A stretch of 64,000 bases of DNA from Octopus vulgaris (Eukaryota). The first letter of the stretch is position 1. Each line of letters starts with the position of its first letter. The position numbers were made by a program, and so were the translations under genes. This document shows positions 1 through 14,815 of the stretch, one piece after another. The DNA lies in NCBI GenBank assembly GCA_951406725.2, contig OX597821.1, forward strand, positions 11,470,001 to 11,534,000. The letters run 5' to 3'. The notes beneath the pieces were generated by a model. It did no database searches and was not told the origin of the DNA. It saw only the letters and a program-made list of their open reading frames with translations.

Positions 1-168
1 GGGCTGGCCCTTCGAAATACTGGTACTTCTCATTTTTGCCAGCTGAGCGGACTGGAGCAACGTGAAATAAAGTGTCTTGCTCGAGGATACACCGCACCGC
101 CTGGAATCGAATTCATGACCTTGCGATCCTGAGCCGAATGCCCCTAACCACTTAGCCACGTGTCCTCA
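1..168 (-). mobile_element. tRNA-derived SINE (family C), 5' part, truncated by window edge
   Basis: Minus strand has A box GTGGCTAAGTGG and B-box-like ATTCGATTCC; the head matches 11455-11600 and the GGCCCTT.GAAATAC.GGTAC body matches 33645-34030. Confidence 0.75.
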
Positions 169-1108
169 CATCATAGGAAAAGGACAAGAAAATTAAAAAG
201 AGATTTAGTAAATTAAATTGAACCCAGTAATTAACTGGTTATTTATTTTACGGGCCCCATCAAGGTAGGGCTGTCCTAACAGCATTATGGACCCTGGACA
301 AATCAATGCACTGGGTTCTATAGTATTTATTTATTGACAGCAAGCAACAGAATAAGTAGAGTAGAATTGGGCTGCTAGACCCATAAGTTCCCTAGGCAAA
401 TCAATGCATTGTGCGTGATGGTATTCACTGACAATACGCCATAGCGTCTGCGGATGGTATTTAGGTCCATGAGACCCGTGAGGACACCAAGCAACTATCC
501 TGTGTTACCATGCCTTAAGACGAAGAGAGAATTAGCCGATGTCATTAATTCAATTACTTGATTTGTATTTTATTGACACTGAAATGCAAAGTTGATCTCG
601 ACGGGATTTGAACTCGGGAGATAAAAAAAACCGTAACAACTACTGCAAACTGTTTTTTTCAACGCACTCATGATTGTCCAAGCACGGCGCTCTCAGAACA
701 TCAATATCTGCAATTTGGAGAAAACTGTTAAATCTCCGTCAGAATCACGAACCAGATTTATAGTTCTCTACAATTAGCTCTACTGACGTCACGAAAACAG
801 GAAAAAAAAATAATGGAAGGGTCATTCATGATGACCTTTTAATTAGTATTAAATTCGTATTTGTCCATTATAAACGGCCATTATTCTTTGATGTCTCTAA
901 ACGAATCTGATTCGATTATTTAAGCGAGGAATGGTGAAAAATTTGTTTACCAATAGCGTAATGATTTATGTTCATAAAAATTATATTTGGTTTCAGAAAC
1001 GTGATATTTTCATGGATAATAATAAACATTCAGTAGTTAAATCCCTGTTGCAAGACATGTAAATATACATTACTCGTTTATTATTTGTACTATTATTATT
1101 ATTATTAT

Positions 1109-1310
1109 GGAAGTGGTGAGCTGGCAGTATCGTTGCCGCGCTGGATAATGTTCTACAGCATTTCTTTACGTTTTCGGTTCAAATTCCGCCGAGGTCGACT
1201 TTTCTCTTCATTCTTTCGGGGTCGATAAAATAAGCACTAGTCGCGTTCTTGGGTCGATGCAGTCGACTGGTCCCGTCTCCCCAAATTTTCATTTCTTGTG
1301 CATATCTTTA
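1109..1310 (+). mobile_element. SINE family B (Meta-domain-like)
   Basis: GAGCTGGCAG head, GTTCAAATTCCGCCGAGGTCGACTTT...TTTCGGGGTCGATAAAATAAG body, repeated many times in the window. Confidence 0.75.
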
Positions 1311-1507
1311 ACAGATGATTAGTATGTCGTGTCTTTATGAAATTTACGTGTGAGTTTGAGTGTGAGAAGTTACCTCGTCTCTGCAGAAAATAACATAATA
1401 CAATAAAGACCAAGAGATTCAGGGGAAGATTACAAACATTTAAATCGGTCCCAGTAAAGGACTAGTACTACATTTTAACCATCACAAAGGGCAGGAAATA
1501 TAAACTT

Positions 1508-1910
1508 ACGCAGGAGTGGCTGTGTGGTAAGTAGCTTGCTAACCAACAACATGGTTCCAGGTTCAGTCCCACTGCGTGGCATCTTGGGCAAGTGTCTTCT
1601 GCTATAGCCCCGGGCCGACCAATGCCTTGTGAGTGGATTTGGTAGACGGAAACTGAAAGAAGCCTGTCGTATATATGTATATATATATGTATGTGTGTGT
1701 GTTTGTGTGTCTGTGTTTGTCCCCCTAGCATTGCTTGACAACCGATGCTGGTGTGTTTACGTCCCCGTAACTTAGCGGTTCGGCAAAAGAGACCGATAGA
1801 ATAAGTACTGGGCTTACAAAGAATAAGTCCTGGGGTCGATTTGCTCGACTAAAGACGGTGCTCCAGCATGGCCGCAGTCAAATGACTGAAACAAGTAAAA
1901 GAGTAAAGAG
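1508..1910 (+). mobile_element. SINE family A (CORE-like, internal (TA)/(TG) microsatellite), full length
   Basis: GGAGTGGCTGTGTGGTAAG A box, GGTTCAGTCCC B box, CTTGGGCAAGTG CORE-like motif, tail GGTGCTCCAGCATGGCCGCAG...CTGAAACAAGTAAAAGAG; about 16 homologous copies in the window. Confidence 0.9.
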
Positions 1911-2339
1911 TTACCTTTGATATAAGTGCAAACGCAGAATGTGTAGAGTCGGAATAAGGAGGGCAATGCGTTTTCTCTGCCTCTCTAACATTTCTGATAA
2001 TCCTGCACACAGTACTCAAATATGTAACGAATACTAATCTCTATAAATTGCAAAATCTGATAAATCTGATATAATTATATTCATTTTTTAAATGTACCCA
2101 CCAAACCTCTACAAATTCAGATTAAAAAAAAAAACAGTTATACATACTTGTATTTACGAGCGCATAGGAAGATAGAAATATATGCATATAAAAACACAGT
2201 TTCCCAAACATACATGTGCAGTCATTATTAGTTTTGGAATTTACCGAATTCAATAGCTAATTAGAAATGTGTATGTTTAATTCGAAATATCAGTAATTAA
2301 CACAAACACTCACATACATTACATGTATTCATGTATGCA

Positions 2340-2600
<261 letters not shown>

Positions 2601-2831
2601 AGCGCATGTCTGTCTGTATGTATGTTTGTATTTCTGTATGTATGTATCTTTGTATGTTTATATTCATGTCTATAGTAATACATCCTCCAATTAGAGTATG
2701 TGTCTGACAACACACGTAAGGCTTCGAAAACAAATGAATGTATCTTTTTTTATATATAATTATGTTCCTTGATAAGAATTTTATTGGATTCTCAAGCAAG
2801 AAGAGACACACACACATAGAGGCATACACTC

Positions 2832-2879
<48 letters not shown>

Positions 2880-3143
2880 CAAGGAAACACAGGCTAGCAC
2901 TATCGAACCTATTTAAAAATAACCCAATACATATAAACACGCGTGCATGAAACTCTGCACCCAGGTATAAACAGAAGTGAACAGCAATACCTAACTGATT
3001 ACAGATAAACTTATGATCACACATATGCACATACTTAAACACATTCGCATAAACATACTCAAGCATTATACACTACACATGTATACGCATGTGTGTGTGT
3101 GTGTACTAGGTAGACGCGCAGTACAAGATAGAAAAAGAGTGGG

Positions 3144-3180
3144 TGTTTAACGTTTCGAGCATGGCTCTTTGTCAGGAACA
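3144..3180 (-). ncRNA. Minimal type-I hammerhead ribozyme relic (core mutated to CTGACAA)
   Basis: Minus: tgttc-CTGACAA-a-GAGC-cat-GCTC-GAAAC-GTT-aaaca; homolog of the intact-core copy at 60267-60301. Confidence 0.6.
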
Positions 3181-3458
3181 GGAGTAAAGAACACCTCAGA
3201 GAGAAGGAAAAATGTCCTCCACCCCCCAAAAAAACACGTAGTAGTTACGTATATATATATATGAGAGTGTGTGTGTGTGTGTGTGTGTGTATATGTATAT
3301 ATGTATGCATTAATTTTTATTTTTATGACAATTAATGGAAAGAAAATAACATTTAACTGAATCATTTCTCAATAATATAATATAATTTTGTTGAGACCCA
3401 CAACGACGAGCATGCGGAATCATCGATGTCACTGTCACACTTCTTCAAGTAAAAGTTT

Positions 3459-3514
<56 letters not shown>

Positions 3515-3577
3515 AGACAGTAACACACATTTTTACGTAGGCAAAGTGAAAAATGATGAATCAACGCGACTTCGATT

Positions 3578-3639
3578 AGCCACAGACGCGTTTCGCGATT
3601 AAAGCATTTAGTTTATTTACTTCCCGTCATTAGTGTAGC
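3578..3639 (-). ncRNA. Minimal type-I hammerhead ribozyme relic (GAAACGCGTC type)
   Basis: Minus: gctaca-CTAATGA-...-GAAAC-GC-GTC-tgtggc; 6-bp stem I gctaca/tgtggc; one core substitution. Confidence 0.65.
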
Positions 3640-3818
3640 ATTGCCATTATAAAATTTGAAAGTGCTAGGGTTAAATACGCAGACGATCGAGCGACATCCC
3701 TTTTATTATTAATATATGTATACATATGCATTATATATATATATGTATGTATGTATGTATATATATGTATATGCATATGTATGTATTATATATACATATA
3801 TACATATATATATATATG

Positions 3819-3893
<75 letters not shown>

Positions 3894-3984
3894 GTTTATT
3901 TTCCAGTTTCAGCTCTTGAGCTGTGGCCATGCTGGGGCACCGCCATTTATATATATATATATATATGCATACATATGCAGTTCT

Positions 3985-4210
3985 ATATTTGAGAGATGAG
4001 GAATAATGTACGTTATTTACATTATTTACATTTGAGGGATATTTGTTCCTCATCTTGTTTGTTGTTAACACAACGTTTCGGTGATATACCATCCAGCCTT
4101 CTTCAGGTGTCTTGGGAAAATTTCGAACCTGGGTTCTCATTGCTAAGGTATTTTTCGATGTTGTTATTATTATCATTATTGTTGTTGTTGTTGTTGTTGT
4201 TGTTGTATCG

Positions 4211-4263
<53 letters not shown>

Positions 4264-4280
4264 CATATGGCGTAGTCGTT
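3985..4280 (-). mobile_element. Hammerhead-bearing short element (same family as 23975-24225); HHR at 4067-4111; inverted head remnant at 4261-4280
   Basis: Minus: gacac-CTGAAGA-aggctggatggtatatcacc-GAAAC-GTT-gtgtt; the body aligns to 24075-24225. Confidence 0.75.
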
Positions 4281-4294
4281 ATATAATAATATAT

Positions 4295-4342
<48 letters not shown>

Positions 4343-4419
4343 CACACACATGCATACACATACGCAATGAACATTTACTAGAAAAATGGTTATAGTGACT
4401 TCGATGATTCTGCCTACTG

Positions 4420-4645
<226 letters not shown>

Positions 4646-5933
4646 TGTAGTAAGATTGTGTAAGGAAAAGTTCTATAAACAATTTCTTAAGTTTCGCTAC
4701 TATGTGTACGTTCATACACACACACACATACGCACACACATATGTATATACATATACTTACGTATAAATGAGTATATACGAACTTAGAGAAACGTACGTT
4801 GAAATATAAGCTCATCATAAAGAAATACATGTAATACATGTAAATTTGTAAATACAAACTCACACCGATAACTACACAATAATACAAGCTCACACGCTGT
4901 CACATCATTAGGTCACACTTTAACACGCCATACGGTAAAAAAGCATACACACTAACGCGCATTTACATAGGTACGCTCACACGCAAACACACACACATAT
5001 ACGCACACACGCACACAGGCACACAGGCACACACATATATACAAACGCACGTGACACATTTCCATCTACAAATACATATACACTTAACTAGAATATCTTA
5101 TAGGAAAGAGACTCACACACTACCACGTCTATGAAGAAGAATATACGCAAGAAGTTTAATACTAACTATTGAAACACCTCTACATACAAACGAGGAAACA
5201 CACACAAGCGTATACTTCTAAAAATACCATTTTATGCATACAGCGTACATGTAATTTCAACTATATAAATGCAATACAGAATATACACAAGGACAATTTC
5301 GCACATTCTCACCTAAAACACATAAGCTCACACGAATTTTCTATAATTTACATATACACATGACATTACAAAACGCAAATTTTCTGTATTTTTCGCTTTT
5401 TCAAACAACTCCCGAACTTTTATCAATTTTTCCTCTCTCAAACACTCTTTCTCATTAACTCTCTCTCTCTCTCAATCACTCTCTCTCTCCCTCTGTCTGA
5501 CGGTCTGCGTGTCTGTCTGTCTGTGTCTCTGTCTCTCTATTTCTCTCTCTCTCTCTCTCTCACTCATTTTATTTTTCTCTCACGCGCGTTTTCTCTCACA
5601 TGAATCAGATAGAATGAAATTTAAAAAGAAAAAAAAATTTAATGAAAGGTTTGAAAACATCTTTTATTCGTCTACATTTGATTTGAAGTGACATTATCGC
5701 AAATCAGTAAAAAAAAAAAGATAATGTGAAATATGCCAAGGTGAAAGAAAAAATTCAAGCACTCGTGTGCGTATGCACACACTCACACACACATTCACAC
5801 ACACGAACACAGACATAAAGCCCCTTAAACTATTTTGATATGCTTAAATAACATTGATAAACAACGACAAAATCAAACAAAGAAGCCGTAAAAAGTATGG
5901 AACCTACATACACGTGAATACATACATCCATAC

Positions 5934-5966
<33 letters not shown>

Positions 5967-6070
5967 TGTATATTTACATGCATGTATGAATGTATGAGGG
6001 ATATATATGTATATATACTTATGCATACATGCACACATATATCTGTACATATGTGTGTGTATATTGTATA

Positions 6071-6139
<69 letters not shown>

Positions 6140-6278
6140 GTACACATGAACAAATATATGTGTGGAATGTGTGTGGACATGTGTATATATATATATATAC
6201 ATACACACACACACACATATATATATATATACGTATTTAAATATATGAATGCATATGTACGTATATATACATACATAT

Positions 6279-6316
<38 letters not shown>

Positions 6317-6926
6317 CTATACATATATCTATAAATATATATGTATATATGTTTGTGTATGCATACATACACAAAAGCATATGTATAGATATATATACAT
6401 ATATACATATATATATACAAACATACATACATACACACATATCTATATATGTACAAGTAAGCTGAATGTTTAGTTTTCCTATACACGTACATATGTCACT
6501 GTATATTCAGAAAACACACACACGCACACAAACACACAAATGCATAGACATACACACACATGCATTTATCATAATTTGATCGTGTCATTGTCTCTTTTCA
6601 TATTATTTATGACCTGTCAAGCAAAATTGTAAGTATACACGAAGAGGCTCACACAGTTCACAGAAATTCACCCTTAGATATATATATATACACATACAGT
6701 ACACACACACAAATCTATGCAAATAAATAGAATCAAATACTCAGACACATAAACATGCAGATTATGAACGCATTTAAATACATGTCGAAATGTATAAATC
6801 TCACAGCTAAACACAAACTCAATATGATATAATATGACAATGTACATACATAAAATATAACGTATGAATACATAATTTATATTTGAATATATATATATAT
6901 ATATATGTATATAGGTCTATGTTTGC

Positions 6927-6999
<73 letters not shown>

Positions 7000-7032
7000 T
7001 ATCTATCTATCTATCTACACTCACACACACAC

Positions 7033-7138
<106 letters not shown>

Positions 7139-7381
7139 AATATATAGTTAATCCAAACATGGACAAAGAGGAAGCACAACATGAGGACGTGGAATAAGTA
7201 TATAATATAACGAATAGAAATGTTATGTACGTTATAATATTCAAAGTACAGAAAAACCGTCTTAATTCGTACTTATATGCATATGGGTGTACTCACACAC
7301 ACATGTATATAACATATATTCATACACACGCGCTCATCATTCTCTCTTATACACACACAAACACACACATACACACACACA

Positions 7382-7427
<46 letters not shown>

Positions 7428-7599
7428 ACCGGGAATCGAACTCGTGATCTGCCAATTGCAACGCTTTAACCACATGGCCACACTCTTACACATGCACGCA
7501 CGCACGCACGCATACACACACTCACACACATACATATATATATATAGATACATACACACACATACATATATTTACGCAAACACACACCATATATACATA

Positions 7600-7810
7600 C
7601 TCTTTTACTCTTTTACTTGTATCAGCCATTTCTCTGTCGCCATGCTGGAGCACCGCCTTTAGTCGAGCAAATCGACCCCAGGACTTACGCTTTGTAAGCC
7701 TAGTACTTATTCTATCTGTCTCTTTTGCCGAATAGCTAAGTTACGGGGACGTAAACACACCAGCATCGGTTGTCAAGCGATGTTGGTGGACAAACACAGA
7801 CACACAAACA

Positions 7811-7854
<44 letters not shown>

Positions 7855-8013
7855 CATATATACGACGGGCTTTTTTCAGTTTCCGTCTACCAAATCCACT
7901 CACAAGGCCTTGGTCGACAGAGGCTATAGTAGAAGACACTTGCCCAAGGTGTCACGCAGTGGGATTGAACCTGAAACCATGTGGTTGGTAAGCAAGCTAC
8001 TTACCACACAGCC
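7600..8013 (-). mobile_element. SINE family A
   Basis: Reverse complement of 1508-1910. Confidence 0.9.
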
Positions 8014-8701
8014 ACATATAAATATATTTTTTTCTATGCGTGTAAATGCAGAAATACATACATACACACACCCATGCACACGCAAAAACAACCCCCATGT
8101 GTTTGTATTTGCGTACGCTCACATTTCTATGCACACACGTATGTACGCATCCTTGTGTGAATGTATGTATATGTGTACATACACACACATACACACACAT
8201 GTATATATACATATATATATATAGGCATATTTGGATGCATGCATACGCGTACATGTAGATTTAATGATGTATGCGTATATGCACAGCAATCAGTAATATA
8301 ATTAAGCATGTCTTCACATAAGCAACCAACCACAACAAAGAAACACATTGTAAAAAAGCGTTAAGGCTCGTTAGCAACATACACTTGTTGTGCTAATTAA
8401 GAAAATAATGTTTCCTGACATAATTTTCGTAATTATATGACCGTGTGACAATCATTAAGCCAATTAGCTGGCAGTACGCCCCAAAACAACACTGAAGTGA
8501 TTGAGAAGCAAAACAAGGAGCCTCCGCATCTATAAGGTTGATCAGTGTGCTAGAAATAGCTGCCATATCCACTACCTCAAATGTCACCATATGACCTTAA
8601 AATGTGACAAGCCCATTTGGATAAGGTGGTCACTGGCCGGAATGTCTGTGACCGCTCTACGTTTTGCTCGATCAGAGATGGCGTGGAGATATGTAACGTC
8701 A

Positions 8702-8761
<60 letters not shown>

Positions 8762-8776
8762 GATAATAATAATAAT

Positions 8777-9185
8777 AGGCGCAGGAGTGGCTGTGTGGTA
8801 AGTAGGTTGCTTACCAACTACGTTCTTCTGGGTTCAGTCCCACTGCGTGGCACCTTGGGCAAGTGTCTTCTACTATAGCCTTGGGCCGACCAAAGCCTTG
8901 TGAGTAGATTTGGTAGACGGAAACTGAAAGAAGCCCGTCGTATATATGTATATATGTGTGTGTGTGTGTGTGTTTGTGTGTCTGTGTTTGCCTCCCACCC
9001 CAACATCGCTTGACAACCGAGCTAGTGTGTTTACGTCCCCGTAACTTAACGGTTCGGTAAAAAGACCAATAGAGTAAATACTAGGCTTACAAAGAGTAAG
9101 TCCTGGGGTCGATTTGCTCGACTAAAGACAGTGCTCCAGCATGGCCGCAGTCAAATGACTGAAAAATAGTAAAAGAATAGAAGAG
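8777..9185 (+). mobile_element. SINE family A, full length
   Basis: GGCGCAGGAGTGGCTGTGTGG head through CTGAAA tail. Confidence 0.9.
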
Positions 9186-9189
9186 TGTG

Positions 9190-10375
9190 ATAATATCACT
9201 TCCGTGAGGAACTGGAATCATAAACTGGCAAAAGAAAGAACTGATGAGCATGGCTGTTAAGACACGGAAAATATCGACCGTGTACAGAGCCTTCCATCCC
9301 AAGAAAGATACTGAAAGGTTGTACTTGTTCAGAAGAACGGGTGGAAGGGTTTGATTAGTTGCCGAGATTGTGTTGTAGCAGAGGAAAACAACTTAGGATG
9401 GTATGTAGAAAAAAACACTGGAATCATTGTTGAAGCATGTGAAGAAGTCTGGCATCATCCAAATTGATAATTGTGTAAAGAAAGACAGACTTAAAGAGGA
9501 AAAGAACTAAAAAAAAAGAAAAAAAGAAACACCATGGAAGAAAATGTACGCTCAGTTTGGAAGAGATACGAAAGTCAAAACTGTAATAGAAAACCGGTAG
9601 TTATGGATGCGGAGGAGGGATTTGAAGATGAAAAGAGAATCACTTATATGTACAGCACAAGAACAAGCGCTAAGCACGAACTATGTGAGGTGCAGAATTA
9701 GCAGCACAACTGAGAACGACAAACGCAGAATGTGTGGTGAAAAGAGTGAAAGAGTATGGCGTGTAATTAGAGAACGCCCCAAATTGGTACAACACAGCTA
9801 CAAAGACGACATGGCAATCTGGCAAGAATGGTTCATTGAGAGCTCTGTGGAAATTACGGTCTGAAATTAAGACTGCAAATGAAGACTGCAAAATCCTGTG
9901 GAATGCGATGATTCGGTGTGACCATAAGCTCAGACATCAGAAGCCTGATACTGTTGTGGTGAACAACAAGAAAAAAACGTGTATGATAATCAAGATAGCA
10001 TATCCCGGTTAAAACAGGATCAAAGAGAAAGGAGAAAAAGTGAAAATCTATGACTATTTGCAAAGGGAGAATTACGTAGGTTGTGGGCAATGAGGAGTGC
10101 GGACATGATACCAATAGATTGGTAGGAATGTAGAGATAGAACGCCTACAACAATCGTCATTGTTTGAGACTGCAAGCGTTCTCCTCGGGGTTCATGAAGC
10201 AGGATCAGTAAACAAATGTCACCTTAGTTTGCTGGCTGCAGACACTTTCTACCATAGCCAGCAAAATGAGCAGAGAGTTTTAGTCAAATAACAACAACAA
10301 CAACAACAAAAATATCAACAATAATAACAATAATAATAATAACAACGACGACGACGATGATGATGATGACAACAA
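9190..10375 (+). mobile_element. R4/Dong-like RLE non-LTR retrotransposon, degenerate 3' fragment with (AAC/AAT)n tail
   Basis: Translated pieces: HPKKDTERLYL, ESLICTAQEQALSTN, degenerate CCHC knuckle (RMCGEKSE..), KILWNAMI..KPDTVVV..IIKIAYP (PD-D RLE endonuclease). Confidence 0.8.
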
Positions 10376-11401
10376 CTAGCTGTACCCGTAAAAGATTCAC
10401 GGAAAACTTTAAAAATGTAAGCATCTGTAAATGGTATGCTAGTGTCATGAGAAATGTTTCTATGTTGTGTCACTTACAGAATATAGAAAGAAGTGTAAAA
10501 CCGATAACTCTATAACCCAAACAAGATATCTCAGTTACGCAAACGTGAACAGAATTACAATTTAATCTTAAAATGCATCGCACATATTCTAAGAACCTTT
10601 TTCGTTTAGTTGTACAGAACTTCTGCTTTTTTTTTATTTGTTTTAGCCATTGACGGTGGCTATGCTGGAGCACTACCCTTTAGTCGAAGAATTGACCCCT
10701 GGACTTATTCCCTGTAAGCCTGGTGCTTATTTTTACCAATCTTTTCTGCCGAACAGCTAAGTTACGGGGACTCAAACACACCAACATCGGTTGTCAAGCA
10801 ATGGTAGTAGTGGGGGCAAACACACATAAATATATGCATATACACACACACGCACATATATGACGGGCTTCTTTCAGTTTCCCTCTACCAAATTCACTCT
10901 CGATGTTTTGGTTGGGATACTATAGTAGAAGACACTCTTTAAAGTAAAGAGTTGAATTTCGTGTAGCCATATGTTGGCAACTTTTCTCCCCCACCCATTT
11001 TGTAGGGGATGTAACCCAATTTTCTGGGTTCTTTTCACAGCTATACCCGGTTCAAAATTTGCATTAGGTTTTGTATGAAAAAAAAAAAACCAGAAAGGGA
11101 GTGGGGTTTGTTTGTAGCTTGTAAAGAAAACGTTAGAAGTGCCTGAAAATATCATGGTCTTTCCCCACCAACTAAAAGACATGAACAACTATTAAAGAAG
11201 GCGAAATATTACTGGGAGTGGGGGGGGGGGGAGAAGAGAGAACTAACAGAAGATAGGTCTAGAACACCCTGAATAAAAACATAAGCACCTGAAAGTCTTT
11301 CCTCCATTCATTATCAAATGTCTTTCCCTCTTCTTCATTGTTAAAAGTAAAGAGGCTAGAAAATGTCGATTGTATTTCATTCAAATTGTTATTTTAAATG
11401 A
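10376..11401 (-). mobile_element. Probable non-autonomous Helitron with a nested family A SINE (10630-10940)
   Basis: Minus-strand 3' end CTAG|T preceded by hairpin CCGT..ACGG (10386-10402); the candidate A|TC 5' end at about 11401 is tentative. Confidence 0.45.
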
Positions 11402-11454
11402 TTGAGGCTTTCCTTTCTCCGTGTCTATCCTTTTCTCTACGGTTAAAACAGTGA

Positions 11455-11600
11455 CGGTGCGTGGCTAAGTGGTTAGGAGTATTAGCCCCGCGATCGTAAA
11501 GTCATGAGTACGATTCCCAGTGGCGCGCTGTATTCTTGAGCAAGGTACACTACTTCACCTTGCTGCAGTCCACTCAACTGGCAAAAATGAGCTCTAGAAA
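11455..11600 (+). mobile_element. SINE family C, 5' fragment
   Basis: GTGGCTAAGTGGTTAGG...ACGATTCC head, CTTGAGCAAG, GTCCACTCAACTGGCAAAAATGAG. Confidence 0.65.
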
Positions 11601-11659
11601 TAAATTTAAATAATACAAAACCACACAAGGGGTTAAAAAAGACCGGGTCCGTTCACTTG

Positions 11660-12210
11660 ATCCTTGCTCACCACTCATATTCACTATTCAGGAAAGTTTT
11701 TGTGAAGCAGTACTTTTCTATCCACCGAAATTTTTCATTTCATGGGAATATGTGAATGATCGATGAGGACTTGACCAACGAGAAAGGTGTCTGCTTTTAG
11801 CCATTCCAGTCTCGTCCACCGCACAAATTCTTTTGCTAAAGCTAAGAAACTCTTCATCCCAACCAAGAATGCTGACGACGCGACGATCTTCGCAATGGAC
11901 TCAGCTGTTCGTCGGTTGTACTCTATACATGACAGTGGCATTTTGACAACTCCAGCACTGGGTGAATGCGTGCAGAACAGTTCCGTCGCCCTGCGAGCAA
12001 GTCAGACAGGCCCCGCTGATAATACTTGTATATATATAGAATATAACGCGAAACATCAATGCAAGCCGGTAGCACTGTCAGCTGAGGATTTCAAGGAATT
12101 ATCCATGGGCCCCGGCGTGAAAGTCGTCCGAACCAGACTAGCTTGTTTTGCATCGACCTCCAGAATCTTCCCGAAAAATTTGTTGCTTTTCATTGCCCCT
12201 AATCCCCTAT
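11660..12210 (-). mobile_element. Tx1/L1-clade LINE ORF2 C-terminal fragment
   Basis: GKILEVD..GPMDNSLK..TCSQGDGTVLHAFTQC (CCHC knuckle)..LALAKEFVRWTR; homologous to 37920-38430 and 49090-50070. Confidence 0.65.
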
Positions 12211-12328
12211 AGAATGTCGACGGCATTGTCTGATTGGTAGTGGGCCATGAATTTGTACAACATTCCAGACGACAAGTGTCTTTTCTCGGGTTTTGCTTGA
12301 TTAAGGAGAGCAGCTATGACAAATCTAC

Positions 12329-12401
<73 letters not shown>

Positions 12402-12439
12402 TAATGATAATAATAATAAAAATGAAAATAATAATAATG

Positions 12440-12600
12440 ATTTCAAATTTTGACACCAGGCAAGCAATTTCGGGAAAGGGATAAGTCGATTACATCGGCC
12501 CCAGTTTTCAAATGGTACTTATTTAATCGGTCCCGAAGAGATGAAAGGTTCAGTCGACCCAAGTGAAATTTGAACTCAGAACGTTACGACGGGTGAAAAG
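12440..12600 (-). mobile_element. SINE family B fragment
   Basis: AAGTCGATTACATCG..GATGAAAGG..GTCGACC..TTTGAACTCAGAACG. Confidence 0.7.
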
Positions 12601-12629
12601 TTTTTTAAATATGTAAATACTTATAAACT

Positions 12630-14815
12630 AAACTATCAGGATACCCTTAGAATATAAAAGTTACCCAAACGTTTTAAGCTCTTTTTGATATCTTCACTTA
12701 TATCAACATCGACAGGTACGAGTATTAAAACCGATGTTAAAAACATACACAACTTCATGAACAACTATGAACAACTCATTAAATTTTCACAGTATGTGTA
12801 AATGGTCTGCATGACAGGCTAGAAAAAAGAAAAAAGCGTAGAAAACCCCAAAGCGTCTTTTAAAAGTTCCATTGCTTTTGAAGGAGCAAAAAGAATACAG
12901 CCGGACCGATATTTGTGAAATGTTAGTATGGAAAGGGATTCTTAGGGAAAGACACAAAACTGATTATTTTAATCTAAGTTCTGAGAGTAGATCTATCTCA
13001 TATGATAAAACCCTGTCTGTTTCTTTACATCCCAAGATAAGTGCAACAATATTGACGAGAATTAAAGACGTTACGACGGTTGATAGGACTCCTAAATTTT
13101 ATTTACATTCCAAATACGAACCAGTATATACAGCTAAGTTCAATTCGTTTGAATCCAGAAAGCTTAAAGGCTCTTGAGAACGATTTACGAATGTCAAATG
13201 ATAAGGTAGAATTTCTCGGTTCTCGTTTGAAGAAAATATGATATTAATTTATAGTCGAAAACCAAATTTTTATTCTAAAGCTTATTTCAAAGTGGACTAT
13301 CTTCTCTGTCATCTTCATGGCATAAATGGACTTTTTGCAAGTTTATCTCAAAGATTTGTTGAAAGCAGTGTTTATTGATTGATTATTAGGAAGTTGGAAA
13401 GCTATTTTATAGATCATTGGAAAGTTAAAACCATCCATTTTCCATGCATACTTAGGGGATCTGAAAGAAACTTATATTAGCATATAGTTTTTAATGCAAT
13501 TGAAAGCAAAAATCATCAGTTGAATCTTTGAGAAAGTTTATAGAAATTGCTACGTTAATGGACACGCAAATGGGATAAACCATGGAATACTGCTTCTAAC
13601 ATTTATATGACATCAAGGCGGCAAGCTGGCAGAATCGTTAGCACGAAATGCTGAGCGGTATTTCGTCTGCCGTTACGTTCTGAGTTCAAATTCCGCAGAA
13701 GTCGACTTTGCCTTTCATCTTTTCGGGGTCGATTAATTAAGTACCAGTTACGCGCTGGGTAGATATAATCAACTTGATCCGTTTGTCTGTCCTTGTTTGC
13801 CCTCTCTGTGTTTATCCCCTTTTGGGTAGTAAAGAAATAGGTATTTTGTCTGCCGTTACGTTCTAAGTTCAAATTCCACCGAGGTCAACTTTGCCTTTCA
13901 TCCTTTCGGGGTCGATAAATTAAGTACCAGTTACGCACTGGGGTCGATCTAATCGACTTAATCCGTTTGTCTGTCCTTGTTTGTCCCCTCTATGTTTAAC
14001 CCCATGTGAGCAATAAAGAAATAAGAGTCGTTAGCACACCGGACGAAGTAGAAATGGCATTTCCTCCGTCTTTACGTTCTGTGCTCAAATCCCACCGAGA
14101 TTGACTTTGCCTTTAATCCTATCAATGTAATCGAATTAACCCTCCTCCGAAATTGCTGGCGTTGTGCCAGAATTTGAAACCAATATTCATATGGGTTGTT
14201 TGTGCTATTACTGAACATCGCAATAGAAGATAGAAAAAGCCAACCAACTTTTCATATTTACCCGAAAGGAATAATATCCAATCAGTTAAAACCAACAAAA
14301 TATTTTCACCACTTCACCGAATAAATCTTTTCACGCTGAGTTTGGGTTAGTGAAGGTATTTGTTAAAGCCATAAACAAGACATTAAACCTAAGGGATATC
14401 AATATCACTCAGAAGTATTTTGAAAATTTTGAGCTGCAAAAATTAACAAGAGACAGTATTTGAAGAACCTCAAATTGGAGAGGTGTAAAAACAAAAACAT
14501 TTGATGGAACACTGCTGCACCTTGGCTTGCCATGTTTTTAAATGCATCTGCTAATTTCATAACAAATCTAGAAATATCTTTATAGTGTTAGAGTCGAGAA
14601 GATGAATAACGATTTCGAAAATATTCGTTGACGTATATTTCTCAAATTACACTTCTTAAATTTACACCCAGATTTCTCTACTGAGAACACTGGTGCATCA
14701 AATGTCGAAAAATGAGAAAGATTTCAGCAGAATATTAAATCTATGTAAGCTCGCTATGTAGAACACTAGAAAGAGACAGATATTAGGTGTTATATAGAGA
14801 TAAGGCTGACTACAT
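12630..14815 (+). pseudogene. Chapaev3-like (CMC superfamily) DNA transposase fossil, interrupted by SINEs at 13615-14185
   Basis: Colinear degenerate motifs: VCVNGLHD; MLVW..HKTDYF; NDLRMSNDKVEFLGSRLK; FID..KAIL; LKETY; MDTQMG*TMEYCF; NKIFSPLH..LGLVKVFVKAI; ERFQQNIKSM*ARY; ADY. These match the LPPLHIKLGL / ERFHQDI transposase family; many stops and frameshifts. Confidence 0.75.
13615..14185 (+). mobile_element. Tandem/nested SINE family B copies
   Basis: Head GGCGGCAAGCTGGCAGAATCGTTAGC; body repeated at about 13839-14022 plus an older copy. Confidence 0.85.

Noticed and set aside
1468-1741. Recurrent ORFs such as [22 protein letters not shown]
   Set aside because: Antisense translation of SINE family A, not a gene family
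12872-13177. 101-aa ORF as a host exon or Fanzor/TnpB-like nuclease
   Set aside because: Lies within the decayed Chapaev-like transposase; no RuvC motifs
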